From positions 1 to 54,536 of the IMG/VR virus record IMGVR_UViG_3300038321_000349: a stretch of DNA of 54,536 bases. One strand, given 5' to 3'. Under the pieces are notes generated by a model, which was not told the DNA's origin, did not search any database, and saw nothing but the letters and a program-made list of their open reading frames with translations. Source of the DNA: a virus (Duplodnaviria > Caudoviricetes). The translations under genes and the position numbers were made by a program. This document shows, piece by piece, positions 1-9,209 of the stretch (position 1 is the first letter of the stretch; each line of letters opens with the position of its first letter).

Positions 1-1389
1 CTTTCCAAGTTCCCGGTGCCCGAAAGCGTCTGGGAGGAGTATCAGCTGGATCAGGAAATCAACGACCGGGGCGCCGCGCTGGATCTGACGCTGGTCAGGC
101 AGGCCATCGCGATGGACGCACGCTCCCGCCGGCAGCTTACCGCAGCCATGAAGAAGCTGACGGAGCTGGACAATCCGAATTCGGTTCAGCAGATGAAGCG
201 GTGGCTTGCGGAAAACGGGCTGGAAACGGACACCCTCGGCAAAAAGGCCGTCGCAGAACTGATGAAAACCGCACCGGAACCCCTCGGCGACGCGCTCTCC
301 CTCCGACAGCAGCTTGCCAAATCCTCGGTGCGGAAATATCAGGCGATGGAGACCGCCGTCTGCGCCGACGGACGCGCCCGCGGCATGTTCCAGTTTTACG
401 GCGCCAGCCGAACCGGGCGCTGGGCCGGCCGGCTCATTCAAATGCAAAACCTGCCGCAGAACCATCTTCCCGACCTGGAGCAGGCACGCACGCTGGTGCG
501 CCGCGGAGATTATGACGGCGTCGAAATGCTCTACGAAGATGTTCCGGATACGCTCTCCCAGCTGATCCGCACGGCATTCGTGCCGCGGGCGGGCGCAAAA
601 TTCATCGTCGCGGACTTCAGCGCCATCGAAGCCCGCGTGATCGCGTGGCTTGCCGGCGAGCAGTGGCGGCAGGCGGTTTTTGCAAAGGGCGGCGACATCT
701 ACTGCGCCTCCGCCTCTCAGATGTTTAAGGTGCCGGTCGAAAAGCACGGCGTCAACGGGCATCTGCGGCAAAAGGGAAAAATCGCAGAGCTGGCACTCGG
801 GTACGGCGGCTCGGTCGGTGCGCTCAAAGCCATGGGCGCTCTCGACATGGGCCTTGCCGAAGACGAGCTTCCTTTGCTGGTCGACGCGTGGCGGCAGTCC
901 AATCCGAATATCGTAAAGCTCTGGTGGGATGTGGACCGTGCGGCGATTGAGGCCGTCCGCAATAAACATGCCAACAGCACCCACGGCATTGTGTTCTCCT
1001 GCCGGAGCGGGATGCTTTTTGTCACGCTGCCTTCCGGCCGGCGGCTTGCCTATGTAAAGCCGCGCATCGGTCAAAACCGGTTCGGCGGGCAGTGCGTCAC
1101 CTATGAAGGCGTCGGCGGCACGAAGAAATGGGAACGCCTCGATTCCTACGGCCCTAAATTTGTGGAAAACATTGTGCAGGCCACCGCACGCGATATTCTC
1201 TGTTACGCCATGCGGACGCTCCGAAATTACGCCATCGTCATGCACATTCACGACGAAGTGGTCATCGAAGCCGAACCGGGCATGTCTCTGCAGGCCGTCT
1301 GCGAACAGATGGGCAGAACGCCGCCATGGGCAAAGGGTCTGCTGCTCCGCGCCGACGGGTACGAGACGGATTTCTATAAAAAAGACTAA
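1..1389 (+). CDS. Phage family A DNA polymerase (5' truncated by window edge)
   Basis: Frame is open from base 1. Motifs TGRWAG, ADFSAIEARV (motif A), RQKGKIAELALGYG (motif B), MHIHDE (motif C). Confidence 0.93.
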   Translation, partial: LSKFPVPESVWEEYQLDQEINDRGAALDLTLVRQAIAMDARSRRQLTAAMKKLTELDNPNSVQQMKRWLAENGLETDTLGKKAVAELMKTAPEPLGDALSLRQQLAKSSVRKYQAMETAVCADGRARGMFQFYGASRTGRWAGRLIQMQNLPQNHLPDLEQARTLVRRGDYDGVEMLYEDVPDTLSQLIRTAFVPRAGAKFIVADFSAIEARVIAWLAGEQWRQAVFAKGGDIYCASASQMFKVPVEKHGVNGHLRQKGKIAELALGYGGSVGALKAMGALDMGLAEDELPLLVDAWRQSNPNIVKLWWDVDRAAIEAVRNKHANSTHGIVFSCRSGMLFVTLPSGRRLAYVKPRIGQNRFGGQCVTYEGVGGTKKWERLDSYGPKFVENIVQATARDILCYAMRTLRNYAIVMHIHDEVVIEAEPGMSLQAVCEQMGRTPPWAKGLLLRADGYETDFYKKD

Positions 1390-1394
1390 GCAGG

Positions 1395-1435
1395 TTCGTC
1401 AAAAGCGGGCCGTCGCCTCCAGTGGGTAATAGAAG
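1395..1435 (+). promoter_or_regulatory. Conserved ~40 bp element, copy A (copy B at 31408-31447)
   Basis: TTCGTCAAAAGCGGGCCGTCGCCTCCAGTGGGTAATAGAAG, intergenic upstream of the primase/helicase gene run; near-identical to the element upstream of the SHOCT/recombinase genes. Confidence 0.6.
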
Positions 1436-1471
1436 CGGGCGGCGTGTATCCGCTTGGAAAGGAGGTCTGCC

Positions 1472-1909
1472 ATGAGCATCGGCAAACGCAACAGCGAAGG
1501 CTATCCGGACCCCACCGCCTGCGAAGCTCTGTCGCTGATTGAGCAGGAGGAGCGCGCGCTCCGGGCATTTCGGCCCATCGTCTATATCTGCTCCCCCTAT
1601 GCGGGAGATGTCGAAAGAAACGTCCGGGCCGCGCGGAATTACTGCCGATTCGCCGTGGACAAGGGGTTTATTCCGATCGCGCCGCACCTGCTGTTCCCGC
1701 AGTTTTTAAACGACGCCGACCCGCGGGAGTGGGAGCTTGGGCTGTTCTTCGGAAACGCCCTGATGAGCAAATGCTCCGAGGTGTGGGTGTTCGGCGGCAA
1801 TATCACAGCCGGCATGCAGGCGGAAATCAAACGCGCCAGGTGGAAGAATTACCGCCTGCGCTGCTTCACGGAAGATTTGGAGGAGGTACAGGATGTTTGC
1901 AGTCACTGA
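1472..1909 (+). CDS. DUF4406/nucleoside 2-deoxyribosyltransferase-like phage protein
   Basis: AAGGAGG RBS before ATG 1472; VYICSPYAG...PIAPHLLFPQF...CSEVWVFG...GMQAEI pattern. Confidence 0.75.
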   Translation: MSIGKRNSEGYPDPTACEALSLIEQEERALRAFRPIVYICSPYAGDVERNVRAARNYCRFAVDKGFIPIAPHLLFPQFLNDADPREWELGLFFGNALMSKCSEVWVFGGNITAGMQAEIKRARWKNYRLRCFTEDLEEVQDVCSH

Positions 1910-2216
1910 AGGCACGCGCCGCATCGGCGGCACAGAGATTCCTACTTATACGCGCGAAATTGTCAGCGCCAACGTTCTCGAGGCTGAGGCCGGCACCAAC
2001 GGCTATCAGGGCGGAGACACCGGGCACGGCAGCCGCACCTATTTCCGCATTTCGGACGAGGGCGGCACGGATATCCGGGTGCGCCCGCTGGGCCGCTGCG
2101 GAAACGGAGGCTTTGAAGTCACGCTCGGCGGCGACTGCGAACTGGAAACCATTATCACGGCGCTGAAGTTCATCACCAAGGTATTGGAGGACGGCGCGAA
2201 GGAGGTGCGCGACTGA
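1893..2216 (+). CDS. Conserved phage hypothetical protein
   Basis: GGAGG RBS; overlaps both neighbours (translational coupling). Confidence 0.75.
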   Translation: MFAVTEGTRRIGGTEIPTYTREIVSANVLEAEAGTNGYQGGDTGHGSRTYFRISDEGGTDIRVRPLGRCGNGGFEVTLGGDCELETIITALKFITKVLEDGAKEVRD

Positions 2217-4489
2217 TGTTTACGCTGTACAGCGCCGACATTGTCGGCAACCCCGGCAACTGCTCCTATCCCCACAAAACCGAAGTCACGGACGAGGAAA
2301 GCCTGCGGGCGGCGGTCTGCCGCGACTACGTCTGCGCCGAGTACAAAAACAGCTACCGAAGCGGCGACAATTTTCTCGGCTCGGACTGCCTGCCCGTGGA
2401 CTGCGACAACGACCACTCCGAAAACCCGGCCGATTGGGTTCGCCCGGCCGATGTCGCCGCCGCGTTTCCGCACGTCGGCTTCGCGGTCCATTACAGCCGC
2501 TGCCACATGCGCGAGAAAAACGGGAAGCCCGCCCGGCCGAAGTTTCATATTCTTTTCCCGATTACGCGCATCACCGACGCGGCTGCTTACAGCGATATGA
2601 AGAAGCTGGTAAGCGCCGTCTTTCCGTATTTTGACACCAGGGCGCTGGACGCGGCGCGCTTCTTCTTCGGCACATCCCGCGCCGAGGTGGAACTCTTCCC
2701 CGGCAGGATGAATCTGACCGAATTTCTGGAGGACGACGACTTTGACGCGGATCTTCCCGGCGGCAGCGGAATCGGCCCGGTTATTCCGGAGGGCAGCCGC
2801 AACGCCACCCTGTCCCGATTTGCCGGCCGTGTCATCAAAAAATACGGCGACGGCGATGAGGCGTATCAATGCTTTCTGGAGGAAGCCGCAAAATGCGCGC
2901 CGCCGCTTCCGGACGCCGAGCTTTCGACCATCTGGCACAGCGCCCGGCGGTTTTACGCCAAAATTCAGCGTCAGGACAGTTATGTGCCGCCCGAGGTCTA
3001 TAACGGCGATGTCTCATACAAACCCGGTGATTTCTCCGATGTCGGGCAGGCCGAGGTGCTGGCAAAGCACTTTTCCGGTGAGCTGCGCTACTCGCCGGCG
3101 ACGCACTTTATCCGGTACACGGAGCACTACTGGAAGGAAACCGAGCCGGGCGCACAGGCAGTGGCCCACGAGCTGACCCGCCGCCAGCTGGAGGAAGCGA
3201 CACGGGATCTGCTGGCCGCCGCCAAAAAGCTGACCGGATGCGGGGCGCAGGGCATTCTCGACACGACCTCCAAAGCCAAGGCGGAAGCGCTGTTCAACGA
3301 CGCGCAGTCCGAGGCCTACGCCGAATATCTCGCGGCGAAAGCCTACCAGTCCTATGCGATCCGCCGCCGCGATTCCAAGAATATTACCGCGGCGCTCAAA
3401 GAGGCGCGCCCGATGCTGGAGATTTCCCCGAGGGATCTGGACGCGGACTGCTTTCTTCTCTGCACGCCCGAAGCCACCTACGATCTGCGCAAAGGTCTCG
3501 ACGGCGCGCGGGAGCACGCGCCGTCCGACTTTATCACCAAAATCACCTCTGTTTCGCCCGGCAGGAAAGGCGGGCAGCTCTGGCAGGACAGCTTAGACCT
3601 CATCTTCTGCAAAGACCGCGAACTCATCGACTATGTGCAGATGATCTGCGGGCTTGCCGCCGTCGGCAAGGTCTATGTGGAAGCGCTCATCATCGCCTAC
3701 GGCTGCGGGCGCAACGGCAAGTCCACCTTCTGGAACGCGGTTTCCCGCGTGCTGGGTCTGTACAGCGGCAACATCTCCGCCGACACGCTGACGGTGGGCT
3801 GCCGCCGCAACATCAAGCCGGAGCTGGCCGAGGTCAAGGGCAAGCGCCTGCTCATCGCCGCCGAAATGCAGGAGGGCGCCCGGCTCAACGACTCCACCGT
3901 CAAGCAGCTCTGCTCCACCGACGATGTGTTCGCCGAGAAAAAGTACAAGGACCCGTTCAGCTTCACGCCCTGCCATACGCTGGTTCTCTACACCAACCAC
4001 CTGCCGAAGGTCAGCGCCTCCGACGACGGAATCTGGCGCAGGCTGATCGTGATTCCGTTTGGCGCAAAGATAGAAGGAAAGAACGACATCAAGAACTACG
4101 GCGAATATCTCTACAACAATGCCGGCGAGAGCATTCTGGCGTGGATCATCGAGGGTGCCCGAAAGGTGATCGCGCTGGATTACAAGCTCCCCGTGCCGGC
4201 ATGCGTGCAAAAAGCCATTGATGAGTACCGGGCGCAGAACGACTGGTTCGGTCATTTTCTGGAGGACCGATGCGAGCTTGCCGCCGGTTTCCGCGAAAGC
4301 TCCGGCGCTTTGTATCAGGCGTACCGCAATTACAGCATTGACACGAACGAATATGTCCGCAGCACCGCGGATTTCTATTTCGCACTGGAAAAGGCCGGCT
4401 TTGAGCGGATTGTCCGGGACGGCCGGCGCTTTTTTACCGGGCTCCGTCTCAAAACGGACGACGGAGATTTCGAGCGCTTTTTGCAGTAA
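2216..4489 (+). CDS. P4-family/D5-like primase-helicase
   Basis: N-terminal primase-like region (DCDND, RPKFH), PriCT-like EGSRNATL, SF3 Walker A GCGRNGKST, D5-type C-terminus. Confidence 0.92.
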   Translation: MFTLYSADIVGNPGNCSYPHKTEVTDEESLRAAVCRDYVCAEYKNSYRSGDNFLGSDCLPVDCDNDHSENPADWVRPADVAAAFPHVGFAVHYSRCHMREKNGKPARPKFHILFPITRITDAAAYSDMKKLVSAVFPYFDTRALDAARFFFGTSRAEVELFPGRMNLTEFLEDDDFDADLPGGSGIGPVIPEGSRNATLSRFAGRVIKKYGDGDEAYQCFLEEAAKCAPPLPDAELSTIWHSARRFYAKIQRQDSYVPPEVYNGDVSYKPGDFSDVGQAEVLAKHFSGELRYSPATHFIRYTEHYWKETEPGAQAVAHELTRRQLEEATRDLLAAAKKLTGCGAQGILDTTSKAKAEALFNDAQSEAYAEYLAAKAYQSYAIRRRDSKNITAALKEARPMLEISPRDLDADCFLLCTPEATYDLRKGLDGAREHAPSDFITKITSVSPGRKGGQLWQDSLDLIFCKDRELIDYVQMICGLAAVGKVYVEALIIAYGCGRNGKSTFWNAVSRVLGLYSGNISADTLTVGCRRNIKPELAEVKGKRLLIAAEMQEGARLNDSTVKQLCSTDDVFAEKKYKDPFSFTPCHTLVLYTNHLPKVSASDDGIWRRLIVIPFGAKIEGKNDIKNYGEYLYNNAGESILAWIIEGARKVIALDYKLPVPACVQKAIDEYRAQNDWFGHFLEDRCELAAGFRESSGALYQAYRNYSIDTNEYVRSTADFYFALEKAGFERIVRDGRRFFTGLRLKTDDGDFERFLQ

Positions 4490-4498
4490 ACCAGATAA

Positions 4499-4599
4499 TC
4501 AAGTGACCTCGACGAAGGTCTCTTCCAAAACTTTTCTTAGGCACATAAAAAATCTCGTAAGAAAAAGTTCGGTAAATGACACGCGCCGAGGTCACTTGA
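4499..4599. repeat. Long imperfect palindrome, candidate replication origin
   Basis: Perfect 13-bp arms TCAAGTGACCTCG (4499-4511) / CGAGGTCACTTGA (4587-4599), inner arms AACTTTTCTTA / TAAGAAAAAGTT, AT-rich centre. Confidence 0.7.
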
Positions 4600-4614
4600 A
4601 AGGGGAAAACGGCC

Positions 4615-4896
4615 GTGAGAGAAAAGGAAATCGAGCAAAAATTCACCCTGATGGCAAGGCAGACGGGCGGTCTGGCCTTGAAGTTCGTATCCCCCGGCAT
4701 GAGCGGCATGCCCGACCGCCTTGTGCTGCTGCCGGGCGGACGCATGGCCTTTGTGGAGGTCAAGGCTCCGGGCAGGGCGCCGCGCCCCCTGCAGGAAGCC
4801 AGACACCGGACGCTGCGGCGGCTGGGCTTTCGGGTTTTCGTGCTGGACCGGCCAGAGCAGATTGGAGGAATTCTGGATGCAATACGAACCCCATAG
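4615..4896 (+). CDS. VRR-NUC domain nuclease
   Basis: REKEIE...GMPDRLVLLPGG...FVEVKAPG...PLQ, a PD-(D/E)xK VRR-NUC pattern. Confidence 0.9.
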   Translation: MREKEIEQKFTLMARQTGGLALKFVSPGMSGMPDRLVLLPGGRMAFVEVKAPGRAPRPLQEARHRTLRRLGFRVFVLDRPEQIGGILDAIRTP

Positions 4897-6241
4897 CTAC
4901 CAGACCTATGCCGTCCGTTACATCGAGGATCACCCGATTGCGGCGGTCCTGCTGGATATGGGCCTCGGCAAAACGAGCATCACGCTGACCGCCCTGAATA
5001 ACCTGCTGTTTGACAGCTTCGAGGCTCACCGCATTCTGGTAATTGCGCCTCTCCGCGTGGCCCGCGACACATGGCCCGCCGAGATTCAGAAATGGGATCA
5101 CCTGTCGCTTTTGACCTGCTCCGTGGCGGTGGGCACCGAGGCCGAGCGCAGGGCGGCGCTTTTGCGGCGGGCGGATATCTGCATTATCAACCGGGAAAAC
5201 GTCCAGTGGCTCATTGAGGAGAGCGGCGTCCCCTTTGATTTCGACACCGTGGTGGTCGACGAGCTGTCGTCCTTCAAAAGCCACCGGACAAAACGCTTCC
5301 GGGCGCTGATGAAGATCCGCCCGCGCGTCCGCCGCATCATCGGCCTGACCGGCACTCCGTCGGCGAACGGACTGATGGATCTGTGGGCCGAATACCGGCT
5401 GCTGGATATGGGACAGCGCCTCGCCCGCTTTATCGGGCAGTACCGAACGGACTATTTTCTTCCTGACAAGCGCAGCGGGCAGGTGGTGTTCACCTACAAG
5501 CCGCTGCCCGGCGCGGAGGAAGCGATCTACCGCAGAATCGCGGACATCACCATCAGCATGAAGTCCGCCGACCATCTGCGGATGCCGAAGCTTATCAACA
5601 GCGAATACGAGGTGCGGCTTTCCGAGGAAGAACGGGCGCGGTACAACGATCTGAAAAAAGATCTGGTGCTTCGGCTCCCGGACGGCGAGATCACCGCCGC
5701 CAACGCCGCGGCGCTGTCAAACAAGCTCTCGCAGATGGCAAACGGCGCGGTCTATGACGACGCCGGCGGCACGATCCATATCCACGGCCGCAAGCTGGAC
5801 GCGCTGGAGGATTTGATCGAGGCGGCGAACGGCAAACCGGTGCTGGTGGCCTACTGGTTCAGGCACGACCTTGCCAGAATCTCCGAGCGCCTGCGAAAGC
5901 TCCGCATCCCGTTTTCACCCCTTGACACTCCGGAGAGCATCCGCAGATGGAACGCCGGCGAGCTTCCCGTGGCGCTGGTGCACCCCGCGTCCGCCGGGCA
6001 TGGGCTGAACCTGCAGTCAGGCGGCTCCACCATCATCTGGTTTGGGCTGACGTGGAGTCTGGAGCTTTACCAGCAGACCAACGCCCGGCTCTGGCGGCAG
6101 GGGCAGACGGCGGACACCGTTGTGGTGCAGCATATCGTCACCAAGGGCACCATCGACGGCCGCATACGCAGGGCGCTTTCCGTCAAGGACCGCACACAGT
6201 CCGCCCTGATTGAGGCGGTCAAAGCCGATCTGAAAATCTGA
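4877..6241 (+). CDS. SNF2-family phage helicase
   Basis: GGAGG RBS before ATG 4877; LDMGLGKT, VVDELS, LTGTP, HGLNLQ, QTNARLWRQGQ motifs. Confidence 0.92.
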   Translation: MQYEPHSYQTYAVRYIEDHPIAAVLLDMGLGKTSITLTALNNLLFDSFEAHRILVIAPLRVARDTWPAEIQKWDHLSLLTCSVAVGTEAERRAALLRRADICIINRENVQWLIEESGVPFDFDTVVVDELSSFKSHRTKRFRALMKIRPRVRRIIGLTGTPSANGLMDLWAEYRLLDMGQRLARFIGQYRTDYFLPDKRSGQVVFTYKPLPGAEEAIYRRIADITISMKSADHLRMPKLINSEYEVRLSEEERARYNDLKKDLVLRLPDGEITAANAAALSNKLSQMANGAVYDDAGGTIHIHGRKLDALEDLIEAANGKPVLVAYWFRHDLARISERLRKLRIPFSPLDTPESIRRWNAGELPVALVHPASAGHGLNLQSGGSTIIWFGLTWSLELYQQTNARLWRQGQTADTVVVQHIVTKGTIDGRIRRALSVKDRTQSALIEAVKADLKI

Positions 6242-6313
6242 TGACAATAAGGGACTTCGTCCCTGAGACAATTTGTGCCAACCCGAGGGATCAAGAAACC
6301 GGAGGTACAGATT

Positions 6314-6748
6314 ATGAACACGCAGGAAATGACGGCGAAGGAGTACCTTTCCCAAGCCTATCGAATCGACCAGCGCATCAACTCAAAACTGGAGCAGGTC
6401 CAGTCGCTCCGGAATTTGGCGGAGAAAGCCTCCGCCGCTCTGGGCGAGACGCCGAACAGCGGCACAAGGAATTTCCACCGCATGGAGGACGTGATCTGCA
6501 AAATGATCGACCTGGAGGACGAAATCAACGCCGACCTGAACACTTTGATCGACCTGAAACATGAAATTGTCACGATCATCCGGTGCGTGGAAGCGCCCGA
6601 TCTCCAGACCATTCTGGAGCTCCGCTACCTGTGCTTCAACACATGGGCGGAAATCTCCGTGGCGTTGCATCTCGACATCCGCTGGGTGCACCGGATTCAC
6701 AACAAGGCGTTAAACGAAGTGGATGCGATTCGCCACCCGAGACCATAG
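6314..6748 (+). CDS. DUF1492/RinA-ArpU-like late transcription regulator
   Basis: GGAGG RBS; AKEYLSQAYRID N-terminus, C-terminal sigma-region-4-like HTH (LELRYLCFNTWAEISVAL); located just before HNH/TerS. Confidence 0.75.
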   Translation: MNTQEMTAKEYLSQAYRIDQRINSKLEQVQSLRNLAEKASAALGETPNSGTRNFHRMEDVICKMIDLEDEINADLNTLIDLKHEIVTIIRCVEAPDLQTILELRYLCFNTWAEISVALHLDIRWVHRIHNKALNEVDAIRHPRP

Positions 6749-6795
6749 AAAGCCACGCGGCTCTTATGATATTGTTAGAGTGGCGAAAAAATCAG

Positions 6796-6832
6796 AAAGC
6801 CTTCACGGGAGCAAAACCCGCGGAGGCTTTTT
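6796..6832 (+). terminator. Intrinsic terminator-like hairpin
   Basis: AAAGCCTTCACGGG-loop-CCCGCGGAGGCTTT followed by TT. Confidence 0.6.
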
Positions 6833-6859
6833 CCATGCGCCGGAACGGAGGAAATCACG

Positions 6860-7210
6860 GTGCCGTACAAAGCGAAAAAGCCGTGCGCCTACCCGGGCTG
6901 TCCCAAGCTGACCGCCGGGCGCTACTGCGAGGAGCACGCGAAGCTGGAAGCCAAGCGCTACAACCGGTACGGCCGCGACCCGGAGTCCAACAAGCGCTAC
7001 GGAAGGTCTTGGGCAAAGATCCGGGCGGCATACCTTTCGGCTCATCCGCTGTGCGAGGTTTGCAAGGCAGAAGGCAGGCTGACCCCCGCCGAGCTGGTTC
7101 ACCACAGGCGCAGGCTGACCGACGGCGGCACCAACGACTGGACGAACCTGCAGGCGCTGTGTCAGGAGTGCCACTCAAGGCTTCATGCCGAATGCGGGGA
7201 TTATTTCTGA
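6860..7210 (+). CDS. Packaging-associated HNH endonuclease
   Basis: CAYPGC, CEEH, HPLCEVC, VHH...GG...NLQALCQECH; adjacent to TerS. Confidence 0.9.
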   Translation: MPYKAKKPCAYPGCPKLTAGRYCEEHAKLEAKRYNRYGRDPESNKRYGRSWAKIRAAYLSAHPLCEVCKAEGRLTPAELVHHRRRLTDGGTNDWTNLQALCQECHSRLHAECGDYF

Positions 7211-7244
7211 TTCTATGAAATAAATCAAAGGCTGTGAATTCAAC

Positions 7245-7330
7245 GGGAGGGGCGGTCCGAATCTCTGCGGCTTTCGGGCAGGACAGCGCGCCCGGCCCTT
7301 CGTATGAATTTTCGCGGAATCAAAAACTTT
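7245..7330. other. Possible cos region
   Basis: Non-coding gap between HNH and TerS containing GGGAGGGGCGGTCCGAATCTCT; called from position only. Confidence 0.3.
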
Positions 7331-7355
7331 TTCAAAACGCGCGGCAAAGGAGGCG

Positions 7356-7910
7356 ATGCCCGTGCCGAGAGGAGGAGCAAGGCCCGGCGCGGGCCGCCCA
7401 AAGAAACCGCTCGCGGACAAGATCATCGAAGGCAACCCCGGAAAACGGGATCTGACCAAGCTGAAATTTCCCGCGGGTGAAAAATCAAACACAGGTTTTG
7501 AAAAAAATTCAAACGCGCAGAAATCAAAAACCAAAAGCAGCCGCCGTATGCCGTCCTTCCTTGACATGGCTGCCAAGGAGGGCGGCGACGTGCTGCCGCC
7601 GGCAAGCGGGATTTATAAAATGCTCGCAGAGTGGGTCGATGGTTCCGGGTGCGGAGAACTGGTCGCGCCGAACCTGATTGAGGACTTCGCGTTCCTGCGC
7701 AGGGCCTATCTGGAATGCGAATACATGAACCGCCGGCTGGGGCGCATCGCGTCCGGCAAGCGGTCGCCTTACGTCAACATGGCGCTGGATTATCAGAAAG
7801 CCATGATGGCGGTCTACAACCAAATCTGGCTGATCGTTTCGCAGAACTGCGAAACCAAATACGAGGGCAAGAACGAATTCCTCGAGATGCTCAGGAACAG
7901 GGGGTTTTAG
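7356..7910 (+). CDS. Terminase small subunit (P27-like, divergent)
   Basis: RGGARPGAGRPKKPLADKI..GNPGKR N-terminus; follows HNH; AAGGAGG RBS. Confidence 0.75.
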   Translation: MPVPRGGARPGAGRPKKPLADKIIEGNPGKRDLTKLKFPAGEKSNTGFEKNSNAQKSKTKSSRRMPSFLDMAAKEGGDVLPPASGIYKMLAEWVDGSGCGELVAPNLIEDFAFLRRAYLECEYMNRRLGRIASGKRSPYVNMALDYQKAMMAVYNQIWLIVSQNCETKYEGKNEFLEMLRNRGF

Positions 7911-7913
7911 CCA

Positions 7914-9209
7914 ATGCAGCCGACGGAAAGGTTTCCTGCCGGGACTTCCCGGTTTGAGAAAGTGAATATCGACAAACTGGTGCCTTACGCCCGCAACGCA
8001 CGGACGCACTCCAAGGAACAGATTCTGCAGCTTCGCGCGTCGCTCCGTGAGTTCGGCTTCGTCAATCCCGTCATTGTGGATAAGGACTGCAACATCATCG
8101 CGGGGCACGGGCGCGTGCTGGCGGCGAAAGCCGAGGGCATGACCGAAATCCCCTGCGTGTTTGCGGAACATTTGACCGAAGCGCAGAAGCGCGCCTATAT
8201 TCTTGCGGACAACCGCCTTGCGCTGAATGCCGGATGGGACGAGGAACTGCTGGCGCTGGAATTCGGCGAGCTGAAGGACCTCGGCTTTGATGTGGAGCTG
8301 ACCGGCTTCGGGGCAGACGAAATTGAAAAGCTCTTTGCCGCCGACACCGGCGAGGTGCAGGATGATGACTTTGACCTCACGGTCACTTTGGAAGAGGCGG
8401 CTTTTGTTCTGCCCGGCGATGTGTGGACGCTGGGACGGCACCGGCTGATCTGCGGCGACGCCACCGACGCGGAAACGGTGAAAAAGCTGATGGGCGCCGG
8501 GAGCCCCGGTGGAAGCCGCAAGGCAAACCTTGTCCTGACCGACCCGCCGTACAACGTGAACTTCGAGGGTTCCAGCGGACTGAAAATCAGGAACGACAGC
8601 CAGAAATCAGACCAGTTCTATGCTTTTCTGCTTTCGGCGTTCCGGAATCTGGCGGACAATCTGGAAAGCGGCGGCTCCGCCTACATCTTCCACGCGGACA
8701 CCGAGGGCGAAAACTTCCGCCGGGCGTTCCGGGAAGCTGGCTTTCACCTCTCCGGAACCTGCATCTGGGTGAAGGACAGCTTTGTCATGGGACGTTCACC
8801 CTACCAGTGGCAGCACGAGCCGATTCTCTACGGCTGGCTCAAAACCGGTATGCACAAGTGGTACGCCGGCCGCTCGGAAGCCACGGTCTGGAATTTTGAC
8901 AAGCCGAAAAAGAACGCCGACCACCCGACCAGCAAGCCCCTCGACCTGCTGGCCTATCCCATCCGCAACTCCAGCGAGGCAAACGCCATCGTGCTGGATA
9001 CTTTCGGCGGCTCCGGTTCCACGCTCATTGCATGCGAGCAGACCGACCGCATCTGCTTCATGATGGAGCTGGATGAAAAGTACGCGAGCGTGATTTTGCG
9101 CCGGTATGCCAAGTTCAAACAGAACGGCGGCGCGGACGTCACCTGCGAGAGGGACGGCAGAACCTATGCCTACGCCGACCTTGTGAAGGAGGTGGCGGGA
9201 CGTGAATAA
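7914..9209 (+). CDS. ParB-like domain fused to amino (N6/N4) DNA methyltransferase
   Basis: LVPYARNARTH...FGFVNPV...IIAGHGR (ParB); TDPPYN, HPTSKP, DTFGGSGSTL (beta-class MTase). Confidence 0.9.
   Translation: MQPTERFPAGTSRFEKVNIDKLVPYARNARTHSKEQILQLRASLREFGFVNPVIVDKDCNIIAGHGRVLAAKAEGMTEIPCVFAEHLTEAQKRAYILADNRLALNAGWDEELLALEFGELKDLGFDVELTGFGADEIEKLFAADTGEVQDDDFDLTVTLEEAAFVLPGDVWTLGRHRLICGDATDAETVKKLMGAGSPGGSRKANLVLTDPPYNVNFEGSSGLKIRNDSQKSDQFYAFLLSAFRNLADNLESGGSAYIFHADTEGENFRRAFREAGFHLSGTCIWVKDSFVMGRSPYQWQHEPILYGWLKTGMHKWYAGRSEATVWNFDKPKKNADHPTSKPLDLLAYPIRNSSEANAIVLDTFGGSGSTLIACEQTDRICFMMELDEKYASVILRRYAKFKQNGGADVTCERDGRTYAYADLVKEVAGRE

Noticed and set aside
3238-4221. 327-aa alternative-frame ORF inside primase
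   Set aside because: Arg/Gly/Pro-biased composition typical of GC3-rich off-frames; unlike 9617-9946 it has no SD and no family-like motif.
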